Shown here piece after piece: positions 10,502-20,789 of a DNA stretch of 64,000 nt; within the stretch, counting starts at the first letter, position 1; the number at the start of each line of letters is the position of its first letter. The position numbers and the translations under genes are program-made. The notes beneath the pieces are model-generated. The model was given only the letters and a program-made list of their open reading frames with translations, did no database searches and had not been told where the DNA came from. The stretch is from positions 1-64,000 of the IMG/VR virus record IMGVR_UViG_2616644925_000001. One strand, given 5' to 3'. Origin of the DNA: a virus (taxonomy: Duplodnaviria; Caudoviricetes).

Positions 10502-12241
10502 TTAGCTGCCGGTGCCGGTGGCAGCTGCTTCAGGAGCGGTTTCGCCTTCGATCTGCTTACCGGTCAGCATGTTGTAAGCGCCGACTTTGGTGTTGGTCAG
10601 GGTCAGCTTGGCGAAGTAGTTTTCACCATTGCGCGGGTGCAGCTCGTTCAGCGAAGAGCCCCAAAGCGTGGTGCGGTTAACCAGCGACGGGTTGGTTTCG
10701 TGAACATACGGAATGGCCGGAACCGCGTCACCCGCGATCAGGCCAGCGTCACCGATAGAATCACCGCGGCCGTAGAAAAGAATGTCCTCTTTAGCCAGTG
10801 CCACGCCGTCTACCACGAACTGATCGCAGATAGCGGTAGGGACTTCGAAGATTTGATAAATACCGAACAGGGTGCCGATACGCTGGATGTACGGTGACTG
10901 CACAAAGTTAGGATCAGCCTGGAAGACGTTAGCAGGCAGGCTCTTCAGGAAGTTCGCAGCCTCACCACCAGCGAAGCCGCCACGGATACCGGCCTTACGG
11001 GTACGGTTCACCATGTCAGTGCTCAGCTGGGTGATCGCGTGTTTCATCAGGCCTACCCACGATTCGTAGGTCTGGCCTTCCGGAAGTGCCACGTCAAATT
11101 CACGGTTATAGACGTTATGGAATGCCATCGTGCGCAGACGCATCATGTCCTGCTCGTGGCTCAGCCAGTTACGCATAGCGGTAAACTGGGTAGACGACAG
11201 ATTGATGCCAAATTCACGGCTCAAATCAGATGCGGCCATAACGGTGTGTTCAGACGCGATCACGAACTGCGATGGCTTAACGGTGAACTCACGCATGGAC
11301 TGGTTGATAACCGGGATCAGGCCTGGTGCCTTCTCGACGTTGATCTCAACCTGTGCCGCCAGCTCAGTACCCTTAGCCGGTGCATCGGTAAAGGTCACAG
11401 CGATGCTGCCTTTGTCGTAATCGACCTTACAGGTGGCCGCAAAAGCATTGCCTTTGACGTCTTTATCAGAGAAATACAGGTTGCCGTCGCCGTCATCGAC
11501 TTTGCCCGGACGACGGTTGATCAGCAGCTTGGTGCGGCCAGCGCGGATCGGCATATCAGCGCCTTCCACGGTCTTCATGGAGAAGGTGAAGGTTTTCTTG
11601 GTGCCGTCCGGCTGCATCGCAGCAGGGAACGGATACAGGCGCTTCATCTGCGAGTACACAGCAGCAGACTGCATGTGCATTTCGTCGCCCTGGTCAAAGC
11701 TGCCGAACTTTGTACCGGCGACGTTCAGGAGCTCGTAAATCTTCGCTTCATCGCGCTCACACGGGACAAAGGTACATGCGTCACTGGTGGCCGCGCCCAG
11801 TACAGCAGGCAGGATCAGAGCGGCAAACTGCGCCTGGCGCATTACACCGTCAGAAGTGCGCATGTCAGCCGCGACAGATTCAAACATCGCCTTACCGTTG
11901 CCTTCGTGCTTATCAGCCGCTGATTCAACCATCAGGTTTTCCAGCGCACGGCTGGCGTTCGCCAGCTGATCAGCTGGTGGATAGTGACCGTGACGCTCTT
12001 TGTACTCAATCATGCTCGACGCCCAGGCAGTGCCGACAATGCGGCAGAACTCCGGGTTAACGCCTTCAAACATCGGATCCTGGCCTGCTGCAGCGCCAAT
12101 GTTCCGTGACATTTCGACGCGATCGGTAATCATCGCGCCAGAAGCATTGCGCTGTGCATCAACGGTAAAAGCCATGACACGCGAAGCACGGGTCATGATG
12201 TCCTGCTCACGCATACGTGCAGGGGTAATATCTTTGCTCAC
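10502..12241 (-). CDS. Major capsid protein (P1 gp23)
   Basis: 579 aa; first gene of the late operon; synteny. Confidence 0.85.
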   Translation of the reverse strand: MSKDITPARMREQDIMTRASRVMAFTVDAQRNASGAMITDRVEMSRNIGAAAGQDPMFEGVNPEFCRIVGTAWASSMIEYKERHGHYPPADQLANASRALENLMVESAADKHEGNGKAMFESVAADMRTSDGVMRQAQFAALILPAVLGAATSDACTFVPCERDEAKIYELLNVAGTKFGSFDQGDEMHMQSAAVYSQMKRLYPFPAAMQPDGTKKTFTFSMKTVEGADMPIRAGRTKLLINRRPGKVDDGDGNLYFSDKDVKGNAFAATCKVDYDKGSIAVTFTDAPAKGTELAAQVEINVEKAPGLIPVINQSMREFTVKPSQFVIASEHTVMAASDLSREFGINLSSTQFTAMRNWLSHEQDMMRLRTMAFHNVYNREFDVALPEGQTYESWVGLMKHAITQLSTDMVNRTRKAGIRGGFAGGEAANFLKSLPANVFQADPNFVQSPYIQRIGTLFGIYQIFEVPTAICDQFVVDGVALAKEDILFYGRGDSIGDAGLIAGDAVPAIPYVHETNPSLVNRTTLWGSSLNELHPRNGENYFAKLTLTNTKVGAYNMLTGKQIEGETAPEAAATGTGS

Positions 12242-12292
12242 AATTCAGCCCTTTTTTCAGGGCGCGGCTGCGAGGGAATTTTTGACGAGGCA

Positions 12293-12313
12293 AATTTATG
12301 CGGTTTGTACTTT
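12293..12313 (-). promoter_or_regulatory. Late (Lpa-type) promoter for the capsid/tail operon
   Basis: AAAGTACAAA-N5-TAAATT; same motif precedes three other late operons. Confidence 0.7.
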
Positions 12314-12410
12314 GCAGTGTGAAGGAGGCAAGAAAAGATTTTAAAATCTAAGGAAAAACTTTACTTTTTGATGTACCTTTCCACCATGTAATTGACCACT
12401 GGTAATCCTC

Positions 12411-12839
12411 ATGTCTTATAAGCTCTATTTTCTGTACACCAACGGCACCAAATCGCACACCTTATCGACCGGTAGTCAGCGCGATGCCCGTCTCCACCTG
12501 GACTATCTGCTCAGCGAAAAAGAGCCACGTTCACTGGCTAAGCAGATTGTCATCATGTACGGCGCTGAAATCATCATGGAGGCATGTCCGACGTTAGAAG
12601 ACGATTCTATCCGCGCTATGGCGCGCTGGCGTAGGGCAGGCAACACGCAGCAGATGCACAATCCGGTAACAGCCTCGATCTACATGCCACTGGCGGCGCG
12701 TGAATTTCTGGTTAATCAGGGTGAGGGTTCGCTGGCAGCAGGCATGCGTAAAATCATGCTGGAGATAGGCGGGCCGGAAGTGGCGGCGGGCTACATGGTT
12801 GAATCAATTGTACATACTGCCTCCCAAGAGCTAAATTAA
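12411..12839 (+). CDS. Hypothetical phage protein
   Basis: 142 aa ORF with phage-like codon usage. Confidence 0.6.
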   Translation: MSYKLYFLYTNGTKSHTLSTGSQRDARLHLDYLLSEKEPRSLAKQIVIMYGAEIIMEACPTLEDDSIRAMARWRRAGNTQQMHNPVTASIYMPLAAREFLVNQGEGSLAAGMRKIMLEIGGPEVAAGYMVESIVHTASQELN

Positions 12840-12986
12840 GATAATCACGCTTATTTTTAAATCATCAAAATTTCCCTTTTTCAGCCGCATTCATGCGGCT
12901 TTATCATTCACAATGTAGTAATGTTTTCTCTTACCACTTTTATTTCAACGCAACCCAATCACCCTGCATCAGCTTAGGAAGATGTA

Positions 12987-13763
12987 ATGAAAAACACCCC
13001 AGCCGATTTACCAGAAGAATTAACCTCTGAATTTAACAGAACTAACGATATCGTTTACGAGTTTATGAAATGGATTCATTTTTGCATGATGGATACTGCA
13101 AGGGATTCAAGTTTTAATGAAAACCACATGTTATCCTTTCTTCATCAAGACATTCTTGAAACTTTGATGAGTGTACCGATAAATATTGCACAAGGAATAC
13201 ACAACCCCGCAATTAGGGAAAGTCGTTATCTTTTAGAGCTGTGCATAAAACTTACTTACATACAAAGCACATCATATTCCAGCACTATTGAAAGTAAACT
13301 TACAGATTTTAATCGCCAACTTTCTGACACTTCTATTTCTTTAAAAAATAGGATATCTCTTTCTTACTTTCCAGATGATTTAAAGGCAGATTTTCTGGAG
13401 GAAGTTGGTCGGTTGTATGGTGAAACATCCAGCTATGTACACCTAACTCCAAAGTCTATCGAGTATCGCCAAAACAGATTGTCGAGTGGCAGAATTATGG
13501 GGAGAGAATCACCTGAAGATTTAAAAAATGTGAATGACTTACTGGAAAGAATGTATGCCGTAGCCATTTCATTCCTTTCACACTCTATGCCTCAATATGT
13601 AATAGGCGACTGGCATGTTAGCAGGAGTGGGGAGCTAATTAAATGGCACTATATTCATTCAAAATATGTTGCAGCAATTGATGAGAATTTTGATTACAAA
13701 CATGAAAGACAAAAAATCCTCGATGACGTTAAGCAGCAGAGAGAAGCTGGCATTAACTTCTGA
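12987..13763 (+). CDS. AT-rich moron, possible HEPN-related (DUF5677-like) protein
   Basis: Low GC; R..LE...Y...S.YVH pattern. Confidence 0.55.
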   Translation: MKNTPADLPEELTSEFNRTNDIVYEFMKWIHFCMMDTARDSSFNENHMLSFLHQDILETLMSVPINIAQGIHNPAIRESRYLLELCIKLTYIQSTSYSSTIESKLTDFNRQLSDTSISLKNRISLSYFPDDLKADFLEEVGRLYGETSSYVHLTPKSIEYRQNRLSSGRIMGRESPEDLKNVNDLLERMYAVAISFLSHSMPQYVIGDWHVSRSGELIKWHYIHSKYVAAIDENFDYKHERQKILDDVKQQREAGINF

Positions 13764-13767
13764 TTCG

Positions 13768-13794
13768 AGAAAGGCCCACAATATGGGCCTTTCT
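13768..13794. terminator. Bidirectional intrinsic terminator
   Basis: agaaaggccca-caata-tgggcctttct between convergent genes. Confidence 0.75.
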
Positions 13795-14097
13795 TTAAAG
13801 ATTTAAATTTCTTTCGGAGATTAAATTATTCCTTTGATTACACTCATCAACTAAAGCCAATATCCCAGCTACATAAGCGGGCAACTGATCTGTGAATCCG
13901 GGTATATTTTCATCTACCTGACATGGCTGATAGGCCTGCGCTTTTTGAGGCGGCAGTTCCACCAGCTTTGTGACCGTCACGACTTCGGGCGTTAACGGTG
14001 CGGGCTTTGTCGCGGAGCATGCGAATAACGCTGGCAGGCAAAGCAGTATGATTAATACCAGCAAGCAATATCGCACGGTTGATCTCATCAATTTCAT
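13795..14097 (-). CDS. Outer-membrane spanin (Rz1-like lipoprotein)
   Basis: Lipobox LFAC, Pro-rich, overlaps the Rz-like gene. Confidence 0.75.
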   Translation of the reverse strand: MKLMRSTVRYCLLVLIILLCLPALFACSATKPAPLTPEVVTVTKLVELPPQKAQAYQPCQVDENIPGFTDQLPAYVAGILALVDECNQRNNLISERNLNL

Positions 14098-14434
14098 TCT
14101 GACTATCCTCTTTAAGTTTCTCTAATTCCTGCTCCAGCTCCGCCTGTTTCTGTGCGTATTCCTGCCGGTCCTTTTCCCGCTTAGCCAGGGCCTGTTGCAG
14201 CTTGGCAGTCTGCGCCTGCTGATCGGAAAGTGCGGCTTTTAGCGTGCTGTTATTGCCGGTGAGCGTTTTGTTGTTGGTGGTGAGCGCATTGTTAGCTGAC
14301 TCCAGCGCCGCAACGTGCGTCAGGTGGTCTTTAACGGTCACGTAGCCCTTATGGCCCAGTAGCAGCAGAGCAGCGCATAGCACCACAGCTACAGCGCGTT
14401 TAAGCCAGCCGGTGAAGGTAATTTCACTGAACAT
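13910..14434 (-). CDS. Inner-membrane spanin (Rz-like)
   Basis: Start MFSEITF; N-terminal TM segment then coiled coil. Confidence 0.75.
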   Translation of the reverse strand: MFSEITFTGWLKRAVAVVLCAALLLLGHKGYVTVKDHLTHVAALESANNALTTNNKTLTGNNSTLKAALSDQQAQTAKLQQALAKREKDRQEYAQKQAELEQELEKLKEDSQNEIDEINRAILLAGINHTALPASVIRMLRDKARTVNARSRDGHKAGGTAASKSAGLSAMSGR

Positions 14435-14487
14435 GGTTATTCCTGTGTAAGCGCAGCCATGACGGCTGCGTGCATGAGAAATGGCAA

Positions 14488-14775
14488 TCAGTTCACCTGG
14501 AATCCGGCATCGCCTGTTGCGACTGTCGATCCGCATGAAACCTGATCGTCAACGCACACAATGCCTTTGCCGTTAATGGTGAACCACGGACGGCCAGAGA
14601 CCGCCTTGCCGTTGTGAGTGCTTTTCCCGTCCGTGTGATCCTTAAACAGTTTGCCGTCCACCAGTACGGCCTTGCCGTTGATGGTTAGCCCGGTGTCAGC
14701 CTCAGCGGTCTGACGCGAAGGGAAGGCACCGTGTCCGGAACAAACGGAATCCAGCGTACCGGCTGCGGCCATCAC
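14488..14775 (-). CDS. PAAR-domain spike tip protein (P1 UpfC-like)
   Basis: CSGH...INGK repeats...SCGS. Confidence 0.85.
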   Translation of the reverse strand: MMAAAGTLDSVCSGHGAFPSRQTAEADTGLTINGKAVLVDGKLFKDHTDGKSTHNGKAVSGRPWFTINGKGIVCVDDQVSCGSTVATGDAGFQVN

Positions 14776-15350
14776 GACTCCATCAAATCGTAGAAATCAT
14801 CTGGAACGCCGCTGAAGGAGACGAACAGGCCAAGCCAGACAGCGCGGCTGGCGTCTGTGATGTAGCGCGACAGCTTGACGGTACTCAGTACCTTCTCAAC
14901 CCACCTGGTCTGCGTCAGTTGGTCAGCCGGAGACATTTCGCTCCAGACGTCGGTAGACATATCGCGTCCCAGGTTGAGCGCGTAGATCGCGGACCACATG
15001 ATCGGCATCAGATCGGCGGTTTTTGGCTCGTCAGACAATGAGCCTTGCACGCCCATGTAGAACTCAGTTGTCGCCAGGCAAACATAGGTCGGGATCAGCA
15101 AATAGCGGTGTTCCGGACGCATGGCCATCATGCGAACGCGGGTGTCTTCCGCCGTGGCATTTGCCATCGTCTGCTCAATCATGGCGTTGCGCGAGGTGCG
15201 CTGGGATGGGGTAAGCCGCCAGTAGGGCGTTTCAATCAGTGTGCGGGTTTCACGCGAGTAGTCATATTCATAGGAAAACTGCGGATCTTCGCGCATTGCC
15301 ATATTCAGGTTATGGAATAGCTCGAAGTGCGAGGTCTTACGGTTGCTCAT
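14772..15350 (-). CDS. Late hypothetical protein
   Basis: 192 aa; follows a late promoter. Confidence 0.65.
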   Translation of the reverse strand: MSNRKTSHFELFHNLNMAMREDPQFSYEYDYSRETRTLIETPYWRLTPSQRTSRNAMIEQTMANATAEDTRVRMMAMRPEHRYLLIPTYVCLATTEFYMGVQGSLSDEPKTADLMPIMWSAIYALNLGRDMSTDVWSEMSPADQLTQTRWVEKVLSTVKLSRYITDASRAVWLGLFVSFSGVPDDFYDLMES

Positions 15351-15380
15351 AATTCATCCGATCGTGTTAATGGAGCGGAG

Positions 15381-15401
15381 AGAGTAGGGGGTTTGTAATT
15401 T
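15381..15401 (-). promoter_or_regulatory. Late (Lpa-type) promoter for the PAAR/spanin operon
   Basis: AAATTACAAA-N5-TACTCT. Confidence 0.7.
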
Positions 15402-15545
15402 AGAGAGGGTAAGCTGTGATAAAAACTTAAAGATTTTAAAATATAAAATTTATAGAAAAATGACTTTAGGTTTTCGGCACTTTTCCCGTATAGTCTGGCT
15501 TCGCGGCAGGTTGAGCCGCTGCTCACTGAAAAAAAGGAATGCGAA

Positions 15546-15869
15546 ATGAACGATGTTTACGGACGAATGATCACCGATGCTAATTTGCCTGTTGAGAAAA
15601 CTGTTCTGGCATCGTCCCAGAGAACCGGTGTGCAGCTGCTCGAGTGCGGTGAAGACTGCCAGGGGCGCTATGAAGTGATCACAGACAATGTGCTGGTGGC
15701 CTGTACCGACGATTACGCGAGAGCGCGGGACTACTATTTCAGAGAAACCAGCCGTGTGAGCGCGTTACACAAGACCGCCTATAACATGCGTTTAAGGGAA
15801 GCAGAGGCGGCAGGCCTCATTGGCTATCTTTTTCGGGAATATGCTTGTGAGCGCATCACGATGGATTAG
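15546..15869 (+). CDS. Hypothetical protein
   Basis: 107 aa with AAGGAA RBS. Confidence 0.6.
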   Translation: MNDVYGRMITDANLPVEKTVLASSQRTGVQLLECGEDCQGRYEVITDNVLVACTDDYARARDYYFRETSRVSALHKTAYNMRLREAEAAGLIGYLFREYACERITMD

Positions 15870-15983
15870 GCATTGCAGCTTCTGAACACGCCTCACGGAA
15901 TACCAGCAGAATTGCTGTCAGCTTAAGCGTCACTTGCTATTGGGATACCAAGTACTATAATATTTGGGGTAGAGGAGTAGCCT

Positions 15984-16265
15984 ATGAACCTGAGTAATCA
16001 GCATGAAACTCTGAAGAGTTTTCGCGCAAGGATAAGTGCAGTGCCGCTCATGAGCGGAGAACAGATTAAGCAGTTACGTGAAAGCCATCATTTAAGTCAG
16101 GCGATGCTTGCTGAACTGATGAATCTTTCCGTTGTGACAATATCAAAGTGGGAAAGAAACGAAAAAAATCCGAATGGGGCTGCGCTGGTTTTACTCAATG
16201 CGCTAGCATCAGGTGGCGCTCAAGCCTTTTCATGGCGGATAAGGGAGGGAGGCAATGTCGATTAG
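15984..16265 (+). CDS. XRE-family HTH regulator
   Basis: IKQLRESHHLSQAMLAELMNLSVVTISKWERNEKNP. Confidence 0.85.
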   Translation: MNLSNQHETLKSFRARISAVPLMSGEQIKQLRESHHLSQAMLAELMNLSVVTISKWERNEKNPNGAALVLLNALASGGAQAFSWRIREGGNVD

Positions 16266-16662
16266 AAAAAGTTATTCACAATCAGACTCTGAGATAATGG
16301 AGATCATGCGCATTGTAGATAATGCCGCAAAGCGTGTTGCTGCTCAAAATTCTCCAGCGAATGATGAAATTGATGACTTAGATTCTGATTTGATAAGGGA
16401 TAACTCTTTGCGGCTAGGAGGAGATAACGAGCTTCATGGTGAGGGATTTGATAAACCTGCATGCACATATAAATTCAATACAGAATTTGACACGATAGAA
16501 ATTATAAAAGAGCAGATCTATAAAGATATGTCTCCGGAAGTGCTTGAGGAGATCTATAAAATTATTAAAGCAAGAGCAGAAGAGAACGATAAACTGATTC
16601 AGCAGTACGAAAAAAAAACAAAAGTGGAAAATATTTGCTCATCGTTATATTCCTTTCTGTAA
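16255..16662 (+). CDS. AT-rich hypothetical protein
   Basis: 135 aa; overlaps the XRE stop; GGAGG RBS. Confidence 0.55.
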   Translation: MSIRKSYSQSDSEIMEIMRIVDNAAKRVAAQNSPANDEIDDLDSDLIRDNSLRLGGDNELHGEGFDKPACTYKFNTEFDTIEIIKEQIYKDMSPEVLEEIYKIIKARAEENDKLIQQYEKKTKVENICSSLYSFL

Positions 16663-16757
16663 GTTTAAAGAAAATATTAACGATGAAAATGTTGACGAAA
16701 TTTTCAAGATAGCTTATCTGAAATCTCAAAAATAACCCACGGACGGAGTGATTTCTT

Positions 16758-17357
16758 TTGGCTACCAGAAAAAACTATGTTTTCACTGCACTTGTTACTG
16801 ATGAGAAGAATCCGCTTGAACTTATGGCATACGCTATTTATAAGGCGGATAAAAACGAAATTGCTGAAAATCTTGCTGCTCAGCAATTACCTTCTCAAGC
16901 TATTGATGCAGGAATAAAAAAAATTCATGATCTAGTACTCAGCAGCCCCAGCATCCTCCTTAATTATCGAGTTAGAGCAAGAACACTGGGCGTCGAACTT
17001 CTAAAGGAAATGAAAGACGATATAAAAAGAGAAGCTAAGGATGACTTCATAGAACGCGTTGAACAAATGGTCAAAACTGAAATGTCATGGCATCATCATT
17101 TAGGCTCATGGATGACAGATGCTGTTAAAGGCGTTTTATCAACTATCTTCGTAATTATTATTTTTGGTGGCGTCTACTCTCTGTTTTTAACAAAAGAAGA
17201 AAGGACTAACCTATACAGTGCGGCAGGTCAGTCCTTAATTGATGTTGCCACTGGTGAAATACCTGTAGTAGACAAATATAGAGAAGAAAAAGCTAAAAGA
17301 GAGCGGGAATCTCAAGAAAGAGCAGCTAAAGAGCAAGCGGCTAAGCCACAGAACTAA
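16758..17357 (+). CDS. AT-rich membrane-anchored hypothetical protein
   Basis: TTG start with GGAG RBS; one TM segment (VLSTIFVIIIFGGVYSLFL). Confidence 0.65.
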   Translation: MATRKNYVFTALVTDEKNPLELMAYAIYKADKNEIAENLAAQQLPSQAIDAGIKKIHDLVLSSPSILLNYRVRARTLGVELLKEMKDDIKREAKDDFIERVEQMVKTEMSWHHHLGSWMTDAVKGVLSTIFVIIIFGGVYSLFLTKEERTNLYSAAGQSLIDVATGEIPVVDKYREEKAKRERESQERAAKEQAAKPQN

Positions 17358-17391
17358 AAAGACCCCCGTACAGAGCGGGGTTTTGTTCGCT

Positions 17392-19965
17392 TCAGAGCAC
17401 GGCAATTATGTCGTTGACCGTTTTGCGCGTCTCACTTTTGCAGGATACGGATCTGCGTGTGGCCAGCGGGGCGATTCTGAAGCCGTTGCTGATGTAAAGG
17501 TGCAGAATGGCAGGCGCGCTGCTGTTTGTGATTACCACCTTTGCGCCACGGTCCCGCGCCGCCGCCAGGCACTCCACCAGCCGCACTTGATCCGCAAACG
17601 TGAATGAGGTGCCGCTGTAGGCCGTAAAACCGGCTTCGTCCGGCAGAGGCTCATACGGCGGATCGCAAAACACTACGTCGCCTTCACCCGCCTGCGCTAT
17701 CACATCCTCAAATCCGGCACACATGAACGCCATTTCTTTCTGCATGTTGGTGAAGTGCGCCAGCTCGTCCATCGGGAAATAATTCGCATCACCCTTTTTA
17801 TTCCAGCCCACGTTAAACAGGCCTTTCTGGTTATACCGGCACAGTCCGTTAAAACTGGTGCGCATCAGCGCCAGGAAAAGTGCAGCATGCCGTACAGCGT
17901 GTGCCTCACGCCCGTTAAATTCATCCCGGATGGCGAGATATGCCTCATTGGACAGACAGCCTCGCTCCAGCTGATAAGCCGCCTTAATCACAGCGTCAGG
18001 ATTCCCCTGCAGCTGGTTGAAGAGGTTTATCAGGTCCGGATTAACGTCGCCCAGCAGGTTGCGCTTAAAGCCCGCGTTGATGAACACCGTACCACTGCCG
18101 ACGAACGGCTCAATCAGGCGCTTACCTGCGGGCAGCATTGGCAGCACTTCATCCAGAACGGAGTGTTTACCGCCAGCCCACTTCAGGAATGAACGGGAGT
18201 ATTTGTCGTCCGAAACCTTTCGCGCCGGCGCACGCTTTTTCTTTGCCGCTGGTGGTGCTGGCAGGGCAGCAGGCTGCGGTTCAGCGTCGCCAGTCACCAG
18301 CATGATTTGATTGGCAATGCGATCGCCAATCCAGCGCATGACTGGCACGGCCATAGAGTTACCGATCGCTTTATAGCGCGGACCATCAGCAGCCAGTCGG
18401 TGCGCCTCTTCTTCCGGCATATCGGGGTGCATCAGGCGGAGATAGGCCAGTTCGTCAACGGCAAGGATATTGCGCTTCTTTTCCGGAATCAGGGTCCAGC
18501 CATCCGGGAAGCCCTGCAGGCGCTCACACTCTTTAGGCGTCAGGCGCCGGACTTCGCACTGGCTGACGACGGAGGGGAAGCCCTGGCCGGGTTTACCGCC
18601 ACCAGCTGACAGCGCGCCGGTGATCTGCCCGTCGCCATTGAATAATCGGACCTCTCCACGGGTATTTTCAGCAAACGCTGCATGCTCAACGCATCGGGCA
18701 ACACACGGCACAGCATCACCTTTGCCCGTCTCCCCGGATTCAGCGCTGAGCGTATGGCAAACGTCTGCCATGTCGCCGCGGCCGTTCCGCGCAATGCGAG
18801 TCTGGAAGCCGTAGATGACACATTGTGGCTGTCCGCCGCCGCTGGGTGATCCCGATGTCAGAGTCATAGCCAGCTCGTCGCCAAATTTTGGCGTCTGCTC
18901 TGTAGTCATCCCATAAGCAACCACTGACGGCGCATTTGTGTCAGCTTCGTGCGGCTTAAAAGCCACTACAGGCGTACCACGCCCGGTGCCGTCCTCTGAG
19001 GCATCATGACCTTCAGCTGTCAGCGTGTGGCTAACCTCACCCGTTGCGCTTTGCACAGCAAACGTCTCGACGTCGAAATCATTGCGCTGGCCTTTAGCCG
19101 TCAGGCACGCGGCGACGTTAAGCGCTCCGGAGCAGTTGCCGCCGCCAAACGCAGAAATTAAATGACCGGCTGCAGCGTGGGAGAAGTCAGGGCCACCGAC
19201 TCCAGAGCCGTTAGCAGTAAGGGGGGCAACTGCCTGCCCCGTTTCTCTGCGCGGCGGAGAATCCCGGCGCACGCCGTCGAACTCAAGAAGTATTTCTGCG
19301 GGATCAACGTCGTTTCGAGCACTTGCGACAACGAACACACGGCGGCGGCGTTGGGCCACTCCGAAGTATTGGGCATCGAGCAGTCGCCAGGCGAGTTTGC
19401 GCTGTCGTCCAATAACACAACCAGACTTTGGCCACTTCGCCACATGCTTGCCGTCGCTTTTTTTCCATCGCCAGCCGGGGCCGTTTTTCCCGTGCTCAGG
19501 TCGTGGGCCAGGTTCAAACGCTTCATCTTCGCCAGCCATTCCGGCAAGGAAGTATCCAAAGGCGTTGTCATCGGTGCTGAGGCTTCCCGGCACGTTTTCC
19601 CACAGGTGGACGGCTGGTTGTTCGCCGGTTGATACTCTTTTTTCGTCAATGGCATTCGCTAAATCTACATAGGCAAGGGTGAGTTGACCGCGTGGGTCGT
19701 CGAGGCTTTTACGGAGTCCGGCGATAGAGAACGCCTGGCACGGGGTGCCGCCAACCATCACGGCTGGGGCAGGGACAGAGCCAGCGCGAACGCCAGCGGC
19801 AATTTTGGTCATATCGCCCAGGTTAGGGACATCCGGATAACGGTGCGCCAGCACGGCCGCGGGAAACTTTTCGATCTCCGCGAACCATGCAGCTTTCCAT
19901 CCCAGCCCGTGCCACGCGACGCTGGCTGCTTCAATGCCCGAACAGACAGAGCCGTAAGTAATCAT
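17392..19965 (-). CDS. dmt: Bifunctional DNA methyltransferase: C5-cytosine MTase fused to a Dam-like adenine MTase (P1 Dmt)
   Basis: SVCSGIEA, GGTPCQAFS, ENVPG, QRRRR and IGNSMAVP motifs, then KWAGGK, EPFVGSG and DPPY. Confidence 0.9.
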   Translation of the reverse strand: MITYGSVCSGIEAASVAWHGLGWKAAWFAEIEKFPAAVLAHRYPDVPNLGDMTKIAAGVRAGSVPAPAVMVGGTPCQAFSIAGLRKSLDDPRGQLTLAYVDLANAIDEKRVSTGEQPAVHLWENVPGSLSTDDNAFGYFLAGMAGEDEAFEPGPRPEHGKNGPGWRWKKSDGKHVAKWPKSGCVIGRQRKLAWRLLDAQYFGVAQRRRRVFVVASARNDVDPAEILLEFDGVRRDSPPRRETGQAVAPLTANGSGVGGPDFSHAAAGHLISAFGGGNCSGALNVAACLTAKGQRNDFDVETFAVQSATGEVSHTLTAEGHDASEDGTGRGTPVVAFKPHEADTNAPSVVAYGMTTEQTPKFGDELAMTLTSGSPSGGGQPQCVIYGFQTRIARNGRGDMADVCHTLSAESGETGKGDAVPCVARCVEHAAFAENTRGEVRLFNGDGQITGALSAGGGKPGQGFPSVVSQCEVRRLTPKECERLQGFPDGWTLIPEKKRNILAVDELAYLRLMHPDMPEEEAHRLAADGPRYKAIGNSMAVPVMRWIGDRIANQIMLVTGDAEPQPAALPAPPAAKKKRAPARKVSDDKYSRSFLKWAGGKHSVLDEVLPMLPAGKRLIEPFVGSGTVFINAGFKRNLLGDVNPDLINLFNQLQGNPDAVIKAAYQLERGCLSNEAYLAIRDEFNGREAHAVRHAALFLALMRTSFNGLCRYNQKGLFNVGWNKKGDANYFPMDELAHFTNMQKEMAFMCAGFEDVIAQAGEGDVVFCDPPYEPLPDEAGFTAYSGTSFTFADQVRLVECLAAARDRGAKVVITNSSAPAILHLYISNGFRIAPLATRRSVSCKSETRKTVNDIIAVL

Positions 19966-20789
19966 GCAAATGCCTCGGCTTCTGTGTATTCGCTGGAAAA
20001 ATGGGTGTTGATCCACTCATCAATAGACGGTGGAGTTACCTTTTCGATCGCTGCTTTGAGAATGGAGCAACGGCCTCTCAGCACCAGGCGTTTAATGTCC
20101 TGCTCGGACAGGCCACGACAGTAGTCAGCTGTCTCAATGGAGTTGGTGATATCGGGGTATTTTTCCCGCGTCTTGGGTATGTTGCAGGCCAGATTAGTAC
20201 TGTCCGCTGTATGAAGTGGATAGTTACCCAGCACACGCCCGTCCAGCATGCGCAGGCCGTGGATCTTGGTTGAAAACTGGCGCTTAACGTAGATTGCCTC
20301 AAATGCTTCTCTCATCCGCGCATGCCACAGCTTTGTGCGGATTACAGCGTACTGCCCGGAGGATCCGAAACAGACGCGTGGCCACTCGTTACAGAGTTCC
20401 ACCAGCCGCTCAATGCTTTCATGCAGGTGCCACACTGGTACCGCTTTATCGCGCAGGTGCAGCGGCATTTTAGCAATCAGCTGGTCGTTGTCCGCTTCAC
20501 CACCTTCAATCACGTCCGGTATAACGAAAAACTTCAGCTTGGGATTTGTGTAAAACGTCTCCACACGGCGATAAAAAGTATTCCATTGGATGTGCAGGCC
20601 ACTTTTCCATGCTGAAAACGCGCCGTTATCAAAGCCGATTGAGTCTGCATGCTCAAAACTGGCCTTCAGCTGGTCCATCCGTGCGAATGAGACAAACGCT
20701 CCAGCACCAGCTACAGCCAGCTGGTGGATCTCACCAGCACATCCCCAAATAGGCGTACCGTGATAATGCGCCACAGCGTCAGCAGTCAT
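19962..20789 (-). CDS. TGT/DpdA-like (queuine tRNA-ribosyltransferase fold) protein
   Basis: DNGAFS, PDVI, PVWH, IHGL and ADSTN motifs in TGT-family order. Confidence 0.55.
   Translation of the reverse strand: MTADAVAHYHGTPIWGCAGEIHQLAVAGAGAFVSFARMDQLKASFEHADSIGFDNGAFSAWKSGLHIQWNTFYRRVETFYTNPKLKFFVIPDVIEGGEADNDQLIAKMPLHLRDKAVPVWHLHESIERLVELCNEWPRVCFGSSGQYAVIRTKLWHARMREAFEAIYVKRQFSTKIHGLRMLDGRVLGNYPLHTADSTNLACNIPKTREKYPDITNSIETADYCRGLSEQDIKRLVLRGRCSILKAAIEKVTPPSIDEWINTHFSSEYTEAEAFA

Noticed and set aside
380-12344. Many plus-strand ORFs over the structural operon
   Set aside because: They are antisense shadows of GC-rich minus-strand genes with recognisable products.
17392-19965. Dcm-Dam fusion as a novelty, or an intein in its long variable region
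   Set aside because: P1 Dmt is a known fusion of this kind; the insert consists of repeated TL.A..G units and lacks intein terminal motifs.
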